A stretch of 64,000 nucleotides of DNA from contig NC_092680.1 of assembly GCF_964355755.1 (NCBI RefSeq), positions 248,001 through 312,000 on the forward strand, in the 5' to 3' direction. Within the stretch, counting starts at the first letter, position 1; every line of letters starts with the position of its first letter. Shown here piece after piece: positions 12,501-24,420 of this stretch. The stretch is from Antedon mediterranea. Lineage: Eukaryota > Animalia > Echinodermata. Below the pieces are notes generated by a model. That model ran no database searches, was not told where the DNA came from, and was given only the letters and a program-made list of their open reading frames with translations. A program made the translations under genes and the position numbers.

Positions 12501-15500
12501 CTGCTAAAGACCACTAATTCATGTTGAATCATGCCTAGGAGTTAGTTTTATGTTGTGCTACTGCTAAAGACCACTAATTCATGTTGAATCATGCCTAGGA
12601 GTTAGTTTTGTGTTGTGCTACTGCTAAAGACCACTAATTCATGTTGAATCATGCCTAGGAGTTAGTTTTGTGTTGTGCTACTGCTAAAGACCACTAATTC
12701 ATGTTGAATCATGCCTAGGAGTTAGTTTTGTGTTGTGCTACTGCTAAAGACCACTAATTCATGTTGAATCATGCCTAGCAGTTAGTTTTGTGTTGTGCTA
12801 CTGCTAAAGACCACTAATTCATGTTGAATCATGCCTAGGAGTTAGTTTTGTGTTGTGCTACTCCTAAAGACCACTAATTCATGTTGAATCATGCCTAGGA
12901 GTTAGTTTTGTGTTGTGCTACTGCTAAAGACCACTAATTCATGTTGAATCATGCCTAGGAGTTAGTTTTGTGTTGTGCTACTGCTAAAGACCACTAATTC
13001 ATGTTGAATCATGCCTAGGAGTTAGTTTTGTGTTGTGCTACTGCTAAAGACCACTAATTCATGTTGAATCATGCCTAGGAGTTAGTTTTGTGTTGTGCTA
13101 CTGCTAAAGACCACTAATTCATGTTGAATCATGCCTAGGAGTTAGTTTTGTGTTGTGCTACTGCTAAAGACCACTAATTCATTTGTTGACATTTTACATG
13201 TCAACAAACATTTTTTAAGATTTCTGTAGGTGTGAATTAGATATAAAATTAATTGATAGAGAAATTATCTTTCTCTATACATTGCTCTTTTTTGTACAGA
13301 AATGTAGTAACAATGCATTATGTCGGCGGTGGTCAGTCCCAGAATGCATCTTGAGTGCAATGCATCGTCTTACCAAGTATCCATTGTTAATACAAGCAAT
13401 TAGTAAACAAACTAAAGGTTAGTTCTCGTTTTTAAAAATTAATTTGCATTCATAGCTTGATTTATGGCTGGTTCCCATTTGAACGCAACGCAAGGGCGTA
13501 CATGCAACGTGTGTGAGTTGGCCAATCACAAGTGACTATTCGGATGATCCATCGCATTAATTTATTTGTGTTACATTTTTGTGTCCTAGTAGAAACAAAG
13601 CTTTAAATGAAATACAATTTTTCTATTAACTACTAAATATTTACTGACTTAGATGTACAGTAATACATTGACTTGTTATTAGTCCGGTTGAACCATCTCC
13701 TTTGTGCTCCAGTTGTTGAGTGCACAAGATGTTATTTATTTTATGCCCAATAGCTAATGCAATCTACTGTTACCTTTACATTATATGACTTTTTTTTCCA
13801 CCATATTTTTACAGATTTCACTTGTAAGTTTTATAATTTGCCATGATAATTTGCTTGTAATAATGTTTACCAGTGCTTTTGTATGTGTTATTGACAGTTG
13901 ATTAAAATGTTATTGTTTATGTTTTCCTGTTGTACTCTTCAGCCTCAAAAGCAGATTTCCAACCTCTGCAAAAAGCAGCCGCATATGTTAAGGTATGCTT
14001 TCAATAGACATTACTTTGATTTTTTTTTTTCATTTTTCTGTAGTTGGTTTCATAGTTAACGGAAACTATAGTTGTTGTACAAACATAGAGCTTTATGTAC
14101 TGTATTCAATTGAGAATATTTATTGAATAAACGAATAATAAAAACAGAATTTAACAAAGAATGAACGCTGTAAATACAAAGCACCAGTGAACTATGAACT
14201 CTGAACCACCAGTATTTTATTGATTTTAAATTTGTAGGCTACTAAGATAATGTTATTGTATTTTATTTCAAATGTATAATAGAATATTTTAAGTAGAGTG
14301 GATGAAGAAGTACGTCTTTATGAGCAAAATAAGAAACTGTGGGATATATACAATAAGGTAGAAGGAAGGGCATTTGGGATCATGAAAAATGGCAAGCGTT
14401 TTGAGGTAGGCTTAAACATTTTGCCTTCTTCTGTTTTAATTGTTACATGTTTATGTCTTGTAATGTTGTATTTTTGTGAGGGTCCTTAATGATCAGCTTT
14501 GGCTGGATGAACCATCCTTGTAAAATTCTTCTGTTTCAATGTGTATACATCACCAATTTAAATGATTATTTATATCTTGTTTAATATATTGTTTGTCTTT
14601 GTCCTTGAAACCCATCTTTTTAATTTGCATTTTCATTATTAAATGTTTACTTTTTATATTTGTTCATCTTTTAGCTTATTAGTTTTTTGGGGTTTTTTTT
14701 TTTTTCAGAAAAAGGATATTGTATCTAAAAATCGTAAGTTAAAATATGAGGGCACACTTCAGTTGAAGTCAGCACGTGGGAAATACATGGAGATACTAGG
14801 TGTACTACTTACAGATGTATTACTACTATTAGAAGTAAACAATCAAAAGTATACATTTGCATCCCAGGATCAAAAGGTATGTGTTCAGGCATTATTAAAA
14901 ACTTAGATTCAAGGATTGTGGTTCAATAAATACTCCAATGAACCCATAACAATATGGTGTTTTTTTTATTATAAAATATGCAAGTGAAAATGTGTATTAT
15001 GCCTGTTCATTCTTGGTATACTGTACAGTATACTATCTTGACCTTTAAATGACAACAATGTTATATAAAACAAATAAGAAATGTTTTTTATTCATACAAT
15101 GGCACAAATAATTTCATTCAGTTATAAAGATAAAATGTTCTACTTTCACTTCAAGAAAATATTTGTACCATTGCACTTATAAACAATATTTTTCTATATA
15201 AGCAGTAAGTTATATAGTGAGTAATTTGTGATATTCAATGTTGGGCAATGGGAAACTATCCAAAAGTTGGTGACAATTGTGATGGCCATGATGAGTAATA
15301 TGTGGAATAATGGGTACTGATGGATGTTTCTATCATGACAAGAAGAAGTAATAATCACTTGCGTTCACCATCCTTTTGGTATTCAGTTTATTGTTATCTA
15401 AATATTGTTTACATTGTGTTACGACAGGCCCCTATAATATCACTACACAAGCTAATGGTACGAGAGGTAGCTACAGACAACAAAAGTATATACCTCATAA

Positions 15501-18500
15501 GTACAGCATCATCAGGCCCAGAGATGTATGAGGTCAAATGTGAGTCGGATGATCGCAAGAAATGGAAGTCCATTATTGAAGAGGCTGTAAAGGAATGTCC
15601 TGCTCCTGGTAAGTGAAATTCACTAATGTTGCCAACTTTGCTGTACTATACAAATATTCACTTGGGAAGGGGGTTAAGCTCTGTCTACCCTATCAGACTT
15701 TATGTTAAAAAAAAAGGTGATGTGCCCATATATGAACATGATGTCATCATCACTACCATATTTAAGCATATCACTACCATATTTGGGCACTTTTCTTGTC
15801 AAACTAGTTTGATAGTGTAGACAGAGTCTTTACCTTCTTTGTTAAAGCATAGACTTAGACCTATATCGCTTGAATTCAGAAATGCGCAAGACTAGTTAAA
15901 AAATAAACCATGGCTATCTATCAACCAATTAGATGTTGTGAGTATATATGTTATAACCTTATTCAGGGCATTTTACAGATATTCACAGATTACAATGTAC
16001 AAACAAATAATTTTGTTTATGTTTTTTTTCCTAGATGAGATCCAGGATACTGAAATTGATGAACATAATCGATTAACCGAAGCAAGAGCTAAGAAAATAA
16101 AACAGTTTATAAGTACGTTTTTGCTAAACATTTCTTGGAGAGTGGTTATTGTTGCTGGGATTATGTACCAACATGTGTATGTGTTATTGTTATTACACAT
16201 TTTTATTAATTATTACTATAGGTGATTTACAAGAGAAAGACAACCAACTGAAAGCACTAGCTATTGACAAGTGTAACATGGTATTGGAACTCTCTAAAGT
16301 TATTAGAAATGATGATGTGAGTATCATTTAAACTGTTTTTATTAATGTATAGTTACAAACAGACGAAAGCAATTTGTATACTTCAAACTTAAAAACTAAA
16401 AATTGTCTAATTTCTGCAACAAAATAATTCTTTTTTTTTCTTCTAATTCTCAAGCGTGAGACTTTGAATAGGACATTTTGCAGTTTTAAGAAAATTATTT
16501 ACTTAATTTAGAAAAAAAAATGATTTCTCTTATTAAAAAAAACCAAATAAACAGTTAAAACAGTTACATTTAACCAAAAACCCATTGTCTGACAGACAAT
16601 TTGTCTATGTGTTTTCTTGCTCTTTTAATTTTTTCTATCCCATTTTTTATAAAAATAACTATTATGTGACTTTAATGGCATATTAAAAACAATTTGTTTG
16701 AATGTAAATTGAGTTGATGTATAATGCAGTAAGTTTGTTGTTTCAGAGTGACCTACAGCAGTCTGAAGATATGTCCTTCATGAAATCAACTGAACTATTA
16801 ATGAAATCACTCGAAGAAGGTATATACAGTATATATATATTTGTTTTATCACACACGTCACAGTTTCAAGGCTACAGGGCTGAACCTCTAAACCATAGTG
16901 GCCAGCAGGGCCAGTTAAAGTTAAAGGATAGTGGCCCTTATTAAAAATTTCTGGCCCTTATTTTGTTTATATAAGTTTTTGTTTTGGTGCTAGGGGGACA
17001 GGGTGGGTAAGGGAGGTAGGGTAGTCATTTGGTGACTGCTTGACACAAAAGAACCCTTGTTAAGAGTCTGGTAACCTTAGAAGGTAAAAGTATGTGTTGT
17101 GTTAAAGTTCACACCTGTGTGAGATTCGGCTCAGTTATGCTGCAAGATAAATATTATTCTCCAACATTTATATATTAAACTATCATTGCTCTATGCTCCT
17201 TTTTATATTTGTTGATGTTTATTAACCTTATATTTGTTGTAGTAACTCAACTTACATCATCCGTGTGTAGTGTACACAACATGGGATTAGGTCGTAGTGC
17301 AAGTAGTGCTGGCGAACACTTTAGTGGCACAAGTCAGCTACCAGCATTACCAAAACGAGCTGAGACGTTTAGTGGATTTGACAGCTCTGTCAAAGAACAT
17401 GCTACCTTTGAATTTGGTAATTGTTGTTTGTTTGTCGTTGTATTTGATTTCCACAAATAATACATAAATAATTAATTAAGTATAAATGTGGATAGTGTTC
17501 AAAATAATCTTAAAATGTTACAAAAATTAGTTGCTGATTCATTTCCATTATTTTTCACTACTAGCTGTGTTTATGATTTTGGATTTAAAAGAAAAATAAT
17601 TGTTTAAAATTTTAAATTCATGGAGTGTCAGCACATTTACTTGGCATAATATAAAGTTTAACTAAACTCAGTTACTGTATATATCTCTATTTAGATGCTA
17701 CATTGAAGCATCAGTCCTATGTATATTATGGTCAAAATACACTCTTAGTAATTTGCTATTCATAATATGTATTTAAGGTTTACCTGGAACCAATCTTCAA
17801 AGGAGATATTCGCGTAAGAACTCAACTGAGAACCGAAGTTCAAGTTCACCAAACCTCTCAAAAGAGCAATGTAACAGTTTACAGAGTGAGGAGACTGATA
17901 AAGGTGGTTCAGATCCTACACTTAATCCTGATACAAGATCTTTAGCAGGCATCAAGATAGGTAGTCAGTCAACAAAGTCTCAGATGGGAAGAAGTTTAAG
18001 TGATGCTGCTGATTGGAAAGCTATGAAAGAAAGGGTAATTTACTATTAACTATTAGTTACATACATAATGAATAAGATGAATATTATGATGAGTCAAAAG
18101 ATTGACCCTTTTCTACTTATATTATGATACACTAACCCGAAATTTGTTCTTCTATCTCCTAAACTGTATGACCAATACAAGCACAAGAAGTGGTAAAGCA
18201 GCATATAAATTGCTAGTAATATTTTACAATTGCTGATAAAATTTAACAATTGCTTTTTTTCGACAGGAAAAAGCATTTGCAGCTTTGAGGACCACTGATC
18301 CTAATCAAACAATAGATAGTGATAATTCACAAGGTAATTTAAAACATCACCATTTATGGTGGTCACCAGAAATTTATTTACATTACTATTAAACCATTAG
18401 TGTACTACTATACAGTTTACTTGAGGGAACCATTTGCAGCATAAATATGTCTCAAATGATACCGTCGTCGTTTCTTGAAGAGATGGCAATAGGGGTTTTG

Positions 18501-20688
18501 TGGAGTAATATATATAAGTGACAACAAGTCTTGTTAGCAAACAAAATTCTGAACAAAGTAATCAGTAGAAACAGTAATTTTACTTTTGATCTTATTTATG
18601 AGACCTGAGTTAAGGTATAGACTCCATTGTCTGAACAAAGTGAACAGTAAAAACAGTAATTTTACTTTTGATCTTATTTAGGAGACCTGAGTTCAAGTAT
18701 AGACTCCACTCCAGGAGCTACCACACACATACCTTCCAATGAAACCGTTAATGCAACTACAAGATTAACTCAATATTTAAATTCTCTACTGGTAAGTTGG
18801 TTTCAATCTTTATCATGTCATTCCTACTTTGATTGTGAAAGCAGTAAAAACATTGATTTATGATATTCAGATACCTTGATTTGTCTAGTGTATATAGTGG
18901 ATAAATTTGTTTATATCATTCGATGTTCAGTTTAATGTATTAAGTTATTTTGTTGTTTAGGATTTCCCTTTAATTCTATATAAAATAATGTATATTATTG
19001 CTGAATTCTCCTATTGTAAAATAAACTGTTATATATTGGGAAAATCTACATGTATTGTAAAATTAATTGGGCAATTCCCATATAACATAAACTGAATTGT
19101 TTTATTGGGGGGATTCCCCTACACCGAATGTAAAATAAATTGTTTTATTTGGGAATTTCCCTAAAATTTCTAATGTAGAATAAATTATTATTTTTTTAAC
19201 TCCTAAACAGGTATTAACATCACGTCAGGAAACGGAACTTCAAAGGTAAGATATGTTGATTGAGCATAAACAATTTGTTTGAATAGAATACTACAAAACA
19301 AGAGACATAAATCAACCATATAGGTACTATAAGAGTGTAAAATCTGGTCTTTTCATATTACTCCTTTGAAATAACTTCCATAATTGGAGATTATAACTAA
19401 ATTATTGCAATTGGTTTTTATAGTTTACATCACCAGTTAAGTGAAGCTACTAAGAGAATAAGTGAGCTTACTCAGCATACTGTTAGATTGGAAGAGGAAC
19501 ATGAACTACAGTTTAACACTAGTAAACAGGTGAAACTAGACCAAGAAGAGGTGCATCTAATGCAACACAAACTAAGAGAGGTAAAAAGTAGTCTTGAAAA
19601 CAACAAGGCCTGAAATATGACAACTGATTATGAGAATAACGGCTTCATATTCATTATATCATTCCTTTATTTAGTTTAATTATTATTATTGCTCATTTAC
19701 ATCGACATACTGATATTCAGTTGTTACTGTTTGTTGGCATCATTCCTTTATCATTATCACCATCATCATTATCATCATCTTTATCATCATTATCATCATA
19801 ATCATTATCATCATCATAATCATTAATATCATCATCATTATTATCATCATAATGATTGTCCCCACAGTAATGGTGATTCATTTTAATTTTGTTTAACCTT
19901 AGGAGCGTCAAGAAGTTGAAGAAGAGAAAGATAAAATGCAGAATGAACTTGAAAAACAACAAATAATGTTTGAATCGCAACAAGAACTACTACTCAAAGA
20001 AACTTCAGAAAAAGAACGTCTTCAACAAAGAGTAGATAAACTTGAGAATGAACTAAAATTGTACAAAGAACAAGAAAAAATGTCAAAGAACTTGAAAGAA
20101 GAAAGAGGTGACAAATGGAAAGTGACAAAAGAAAATAACAATCAGTCCAATAACTCAAATCGCAAACCTCGTTCGCAATCTGAATTTTCTCTTCGTGATG
20201 TCGTTGAAGGGTCAAGCGTTCCTTACGATTCAGATGGGGGTAGTAGTAGTAGTCGGAGGAGAGGAGCAACGGAGAAAGCAGTACCGATACACTTACTAAG
20301 TGCAACTAATGAATTAGACACTTCAGGTGAAATTAAACAAACGCTTCCATTTAAGTTGTCCTCTATTTCTTCGTCTTCGTCATCTTTGCAAGGAAAGCGT
20401 CATGTGTCATCATCATCTATAGGTTCAATTCCAACGTCATCAACTTCTCAATCTCTATCAGGGAAACGGTATCAATCTTCCTCATCATTAGGTTCCTCTT
20501 CAAATACAACTTCTCAAATGTTACCAATGAAACTGGCTAATTTATCTAGTAGTTCACCGAATGAAAAGAAAAGTAATCATCGCACTAAATCTCCAAAATC
20601 AAAGTCGAAAAAAGAGCATTCTTCTGTGGAAAATAATGGTAGAACCCAAGCAAAGAAACAAGGGGAACAAGATGTTATATACTTTTAA
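484..20688 (+). CDS. ARHGEF18: Rho guanine nucleotide exchange factor, ARHGEF18/p114RhoGEF (Cysts)-like; 5'-partial, 22 exons
   Basis: join(484-545,2332-2379,3625-3802,5383-5434,6297-6349,6772-6945,7332-7457,13300-13417,13943-13992,14283-14405,14709-14876,15428-15608,16035-16112,16222-16316,16747-16819,17243-17416,17778-18034,18267-18333,18682-18791,19211-19245,19424-19580,19903-20688). All introns are GT-AG and phases are consistent. Motifs: PESWS, DH domain (KRQDHIFELIQTEKHHLRTL...RLTKYPLL), PH domain (LMVREVATD...PEMYE), LPKRAETFSGFD, coiled coil, C-terminal DVIYF PDZ-type motif. Confidence 0.9.
561..2098 (+). mobile_element. Non-autonomous Helitron, copy 1
   Basis: A|TC...CTAG|T with no TSD; 3' hairpin CTAGATGGTACGC-gagcgaagtga-GCGTACCATCTAG; homologous copy with the same termini at 61174-62612. 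Confidence 0.88.
2332..2379 (+). CDS. ARHGEF18: RhoGEF exon (RMEDTTDADMTLINP)
   Basis: poly-T tag|...|gtaagt, phases fit. Confidence 0.7.
3625..3802 (+). CDS. ARHGEF18: RhoGEF exon (RRGTAIVDSD...GPEPESWSATMDKK)
   Basis: Pre-DH ESWS motif; ttttaag acceptor in the required phase; an in-phase alternative acceptor exists at 3592. Confidence 0.8.
4017..4621. mobile_element. piggyBac-like MITE
   Basis: TTAA on both sides; imperfect TIR CACATTGACTGCCAAGGC / CACGTTCACTGCCACGGC; subterminal GACGTATAAATACGTC-type palindromes; CpG-richer than flanks. Confidence 0.75.
5383..5434 (+). CDS. ARHGEF18: RhoGEF exon, DH start (SLKKMNTRDIKRQDHIF)
   Basis: KRQDxI motif, splice sites. Confidence 0.9.
6297..6349 (+). 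CDS. ARHGEF18: RhoGEF exon, DH CR1 (ELIQTEKHHLRTLKIMQK)
   Basis: ELxxTE motif, splice sites. Confidence 0.92.
6772..6945 (+). CDS. ARHGEF18: RhoGEF exon, DH (IFSYGMQ...IFPSLNEL...IGDVLVNQ)
   Basis: IFP and IGD motifs. Confidence 0.92.
7332..7457 (+). CDS. ARHGEF18: RhoGEF exon, DH (FDGESGEKMVQAYSYFCSRQ...FQIFIK)
   Basis: YxxFC motif, splice sites. Confidence 0.92.
7565..13182. repeat. 60-bp minisatellite, about 93 copies, in a RhoGEF intron
   Basis: Unit TTCATGTTGAATCATGCCTAGGAGTTAGTTTTGTGTTGTGCTACTGCTAAAGACCACTAA; near-identical copies. Confidence 0.98.
13300..13417 (+). CDS. ARHGEF18: RhoGEF exon, DH CR3 (KCSNNALCRRWSVPECILSAMHRLTKYPLL...)
   Basis: RxTKYPLL motif. Confidence 0.92.
13466..13602. 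mobile_element. MITE family B (TIR ~GGCTTGGTTCCCACTAG), degenerate
   Basis: Ends and interior match 34934-35042 and 24421-24777. Confidence 0.55.
13943..13992 (+). CDS. ARHGEF18: RhoGEF exon (ASKADFQPLQKAAAYVK)
   Basis: Splice sites, phase 1 to 0. Confidence 0.85.
14283..14405 (+). CDS. ARHGEF18: RhoGEF exon, DH-PH linker (NILSRVDEEV...GKRFE)
   Basis: ORF track plus splice sites. Confidence 0.9.
14709..14876 (+). CDS. ARHGEF18: RhoGEF exon, PH (KKDIVSKNRKLKYEG...LLTDVLLLL...DQK)
   Basis: PH motif. Confidence 0.92.
15428..15608 (+). CDS. ARHGEF18: RhoGEF exon, PH (APIISLHKLMVREVA...ECPAP)
   Basis: PH motif of the Lbc family. Confidence 0.92.
15677..15829. mobile_element. MITE family A copy
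   Basis: Same TIRs and interior as 230-371. Confidence 0.7.
16035..16112 (+). CDS. ARHGEF18: RhoGEF exon (DEIQDTEIDE...KQFI)
   Basis: Splice sites, phases fit. Confidence 0.85.
16222..16316 (+). CDS. ARHGEF18: RhoGEF exon (SDLQEKDNQL...RNDD)
   Basis: LxxKD coiled-coil motif, splice sites. Confidence 0.85.
16747..16819 (+). CDS. ARHGEF18: RhoGEF exon (SDLQQSED...SLEE)
   Basis: Splice sites, phases fit. Confidence 0.8.
17243..17416 (+). CDS. ARHGEF18: RhoGEF exon (VTQLTSS...LPKRAETFSGFD...)
   Basis: Family-diagnostic LPxRAETFxGFD motif. Confidence 0.9.
17778..18034 (+). CDS. ARHGEF18: RhoGEF exon (GLPGTNLQRRYSRKNS...AMKER)
   Basis: 257-bp open frame, splice sites. Confidence 0.8.
18267..18333 (+). 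CDS. ARHGEF18: RhoGEF exon (EKAFAALRTTD...NSQ)
   Basis: Splice sites, phases fit. Confidence 0.75.
18682..18791 (+). CDS. ARHGEF18: RhoGEF exon (GDLSSS...RLTQYLNSLL)
   Basis: Splice sites; helix conserved in the family. Confidence 0.8.
19211..19245 (+). CDS. ARHGEF18: RhoGEF exon (VLTSRQETELQ)
   Basis: cag|...|gtaaga, phases fit. Confidence 0.75.
19424..19580 (+). CDS. ARHGEF18: RhoGEF exon, coiled coil (SLHHQLSE...KLRE)
   Basis: Open frame, splice sites. Confidence 0.8.
19738..19852. repeat. (ATC/ATT)n degenerate microsatellite
   Basis: Direct reading. Confidence 0.85.
19903..20688 (+). CDS. ARHGEF18: RhoGEF terminal exon (coiled coil, Ser-rich, ...QDVIYF*)
   Basis: 250-aa ORF; VPIHLLSATN and QTLPFKL motifs; PDZ-binding tail. 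Confidence 0.9.
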   Translation, partial: ERQEVEEEKDKMQNELEKQQIMFESQQELLLKETSEKERLQQRVDKLENELKLYKEQEKMSKNLKEERGDKWKVTKENNNQSNNSNRKPRSQSEFSLRDVVEGSSVPYDSDGGSSSSRRRGATEKAVPIHLLSATNELDTSGEIKQTLPFKLSSISSSSSSLQGKRHVSSSSIGSIPTSSTSQSLSGKRYQSSSSLGSSSNTTSQMLPMKLANLSSSSPNEKKSNHRTKSPKSKSKKEHSSVENNGRTQAKKQGEQDVIYF

Positions 20689-22599
20689 ATGTTCTAAAGG
20701 TAAGAACTAGCTGCATTATGGGAGCATGTTTCCATACGTGTTTGATAATTTAAAAAAATGACTGGGGTAACAGTGTGGAGTGCTTTAGAAGCATTGCGCA
20801 ATAAGTGCCTAAGAATGAATATTATAAATGATCGTGGTGCTTCATGAATCTTTGTATACCACGACCAAATGAATTTCCAAGTTTGATATACAGTATAACA
20901 TACTGTTCTGTTATTACTACAGCCTTATTTACAGTCGTTTACTTTTATATTACAGGTTACTTAAAGTACAATGGTTCAATAATGATCGTGAATGGCGCTT
21001 GCTAATTATGAATTACCAGGATTGGTAGATCAATATACAATTTTAATGGACCAATCACATGAAGGCTTTACAGAAGAGGATGTAATTGATGTTGTATGTT
21101 ATGGTAATCATGTGATGCTGCTGATGTCACTCTTGGCTTCAAATAATAGTTGTAATAGCTTTCTAAGTCTGTTGCTTTGTTAAAGACGTTGGATTTAGAT
21201 CATTTGCTTTGATTTTACACAATCCCTATATACATTCACTATAGTATAACAAATATTTTATTTATAATCTTCAAATTATTTTACATACATCTAGATGATA
21301 AGAGAAATGTATTTGATGTAGGCTTATCATTAGAAGCTATATAATTGTAAACTCTGGTCTGAAGAGGCTGAAAATGTCTGTGGGTTTGTGTTGAAAATAG
21401 ACATTGAAAACAGTTGAAAATTGTTTCTTAAAGCTTATATTTTTACAGACTACACTACATCTACATTTATACATGAGATAAACCAACCTCAAATGTGGAG
21501 CGAATGGGTATAGGTCTTAAAGCTAGTGTATAGTTTAGATATCCTGACATGACCTCATACAATAGTCAGTCTATTTTAAGACATAATATGTTGATAATCT
21601 ATTGTATTTTGCTTTACTTGTAATTTGCATACGTGATGTCATCATATTGGGAATATATCAAGACAATAAATCAGTATTTTGTTAAAAAGAATGATTTAAT
21701 CAAATGGTTGTAATTCACATTTTGTAATGTCAGAGATCAAATAATTTTTATACAATTCACTTTGAAATTGATCTTGTATTTAAATTAGGACAAACTTTGT
21801 GAATTTTGTATACTTTGCTGTTTTTGTTGCATTTTCTATGCAGATAATAAATGCATTCCATCGCTTTAACATAAGCAATATAACCTACCAATAATTTTAA
21901 ATGAAAACAAATCATTTCATCCCAAAAAAAGAAGATATTTTTACTTTGGATATTTTATATTGTAAATTTAGTTACAAATCACAAGCTAATGGAAAATATT
22001 TTTGTAATGCAGAACAAGTTATTAATTTAAAAATGGCATGAACTGTCAACTTTGACTCTAATGCTTACTATTTAGTTTTTTAATAGCATGACCCTTCAAC
22101 TTTGACCCTAATGCTTACTACTGTATTTAATTTCTTTTTAATGGCAAGATCCTTCAACTTGATTCTTTGTTCTCTATTTTATTGTAATATTTCTAATACA
22201 TAGTATTTAATTCTACATATTGTTATATACTGTAATCATTCATTTTATGTTTATTATGGCTTATTTACTTCTATTTTTAGATACCTCATGTTTCTATATT
22301 ACTTTCTATATTATTTCTATTCTAGGTCAGGATTACAGAATACTTTCTATTTTTGTTTAATTCAAGTCATTGTAGAGAAGTTTATTTAGTTTGGTTTTGT
22401 TTTCCGTAAAAATTAATATAATTTCATTCGAATACTAGTTTCAGATCTTGTGTTTGTAAATGTTTATTTTTGATATAAGTCTATTACCAAATAGGTTTGC
22501 AACACTACAAAGTTGACATTGAGTCTGTGTACTTACAACTAAGATCAACTCAGTATCTACAATATAGATTTTGATGCAAATTAATTGGTTAATTGGGTG

Positions 22600-22732
22600 A
22601 TAAGCCCACTGCTGCAAGCATGACCCAATTATAAGCCCACTGCTGCAAGCATAACCCAATTACAATACCACTGCTGCAAGCATGACCCAAATATAAGCTC
22701 ACTGCTGCAAGCATGACCCAATTATAAGCCCA
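22600..22732. repeat. ~31-bp x4 minisatellite
   Basis: Unit ATAAGCCCACTGCTGCAAGCATGACCCAATT. Confidence 0.8.
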
Positions 22733-22876
22733 TGTCCAATGAAGATGACCATAGAGACATGACTATATTTAATATGTAGTGTTATTAATTTAGAAACCTT
22801 TTATTATTTAATCTTCTTTTACACCACCTTGATTGTCATGTGACATGCTTTATCAACATTGTAAGTTAAATTTGTG

Positions 22877-22997
22877 TCATAATAAATAGCAATAGAAGGT
22901 TTATATTAAGTAATCAGAAAACTACAATAATTCTATTCATAATAAATAGCAATAGAAGGTTTATATTAAGTAATCAGAAAACTACAATAATTCTATT
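22877..22997. repeat. 60-bp direct duplication
   Basis: Two adjacent identical copies. Confidence 0.85.
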
Positions 22998-24420
22998 TTC
23001 TCAGATAAGAAATCTTAATTACAGTGTTTCTAGATTCATGTGTATATTTTGTGAGTAATTTTATGTTTCTATAGTAATTTCATTTTATTTAAATAAAATC
23101 CATAAACAGTAGATTTTAGATACTTTGCTTAGATTCAGTTTTAAAAATCCATAATTATTCTTTTGTATAATTTCTTTTGGTTGTTATTTTATTTTTAACC
23201 TGAACACATTCACTTATTTATTAGAACCCAAATAATATGATCCCAACATTTATCTTAAATAATTTGTCAAATTATAAAAATGTATCAATAAGATAATTTA
23301 AAATGTGTTTATGTTATAAAGACACTTTGTAATATTTAAGACTTGCACACATTCACCAACTACAACAAAAATATCGTTACAAAATGGATCTCTTTGTGTG
23401 TGCTGTTTTGATCTTTGTCAAGACATGTTAAAGAAGATGCATGTATGGTTGTCTGCTGTCCATTTGTTGTATGTTACTGGGGTACTATGTGAATTATGGT
23501 GTGTTTTGTGTATCGACAGCAGGCTGTCTTGTGATTGGCTGCTGCAGGTGTCAGCTTAGACGTTATTGAATGCTAATAATTTATGCACATTTGTATATAA
23601 ACCCACAGTGTATGTACTTTAATGCATTCAGGATCTTACAACTCTTTATAAGTAACAGATAAGCTGATTGGCTGCTGTAAATGAAACATGTTTTGTGATT
23701 GGCCAAATGTTGTGATGTTGGTGCTTTTGAGGATTTTCTATTGAATGGTAGAGAAATCATGTAGTATGTTTAATTGAAAATGTAATGAATATAATGCTTC
23801 AAAATGTTGTATTTGTTCAAAATTGTTACACATTACTGTTGACATTTGGGAAAAAAGAATGACACTTTAAGGGAAAGGGACTATTAAACCTATTAGATAT
23901 TGTGAAACAAAAAAAACTAAATTTGAAACGTCAAACCCCTGTGTCGTACCTGATTAGTCTCTGGGCATTTGTAACAATGTTAATCTGGTAAAATGTCTGT
24001 ACATGACAATATTCCATGTACCATATTATAATTTAATATTTTATTTAATTTTTTAATGTTATTTTATATAATTATTATTACTGTAAATTAATGACAAACG
24101 GCCATTGCCCATGATGTGTGTTTGAATCACGTATATTTTACAATTTAATTTCACGTGTTTTGGTTCGTTTTAACTGACATGTTGTGCTAATAATTATGTA
24201 ATTGTTGTCTTTATATGTTTACACGGCATCTGTAAATAGCGAGTATAGTATTAAACGAAACAATCAATTAAGAGAAACTTGGTATTTTATTTTAGGTGAT
24301 TTCTGTATTTACGGGTTTATGATAAATGTGTCACATCGGCCAGTTAAAAAAGAATAAAATGGATCATTATCCATCGATTATTAGTGGAGAAAACGTTTAA
24401 AAAACATGCTGAAAAATTGT

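Noticed and set aside
7565-13182. CRISPR-like array
   Set aside because: Units are contiguous with no unique spacers, there are no cas genes, and it lies in a eukaryotic intron
19717-19983. Asp/Asn-rich ORF
   Set aside because: Product of an (ATC)n microsatellite, antisense to the RhoGEF
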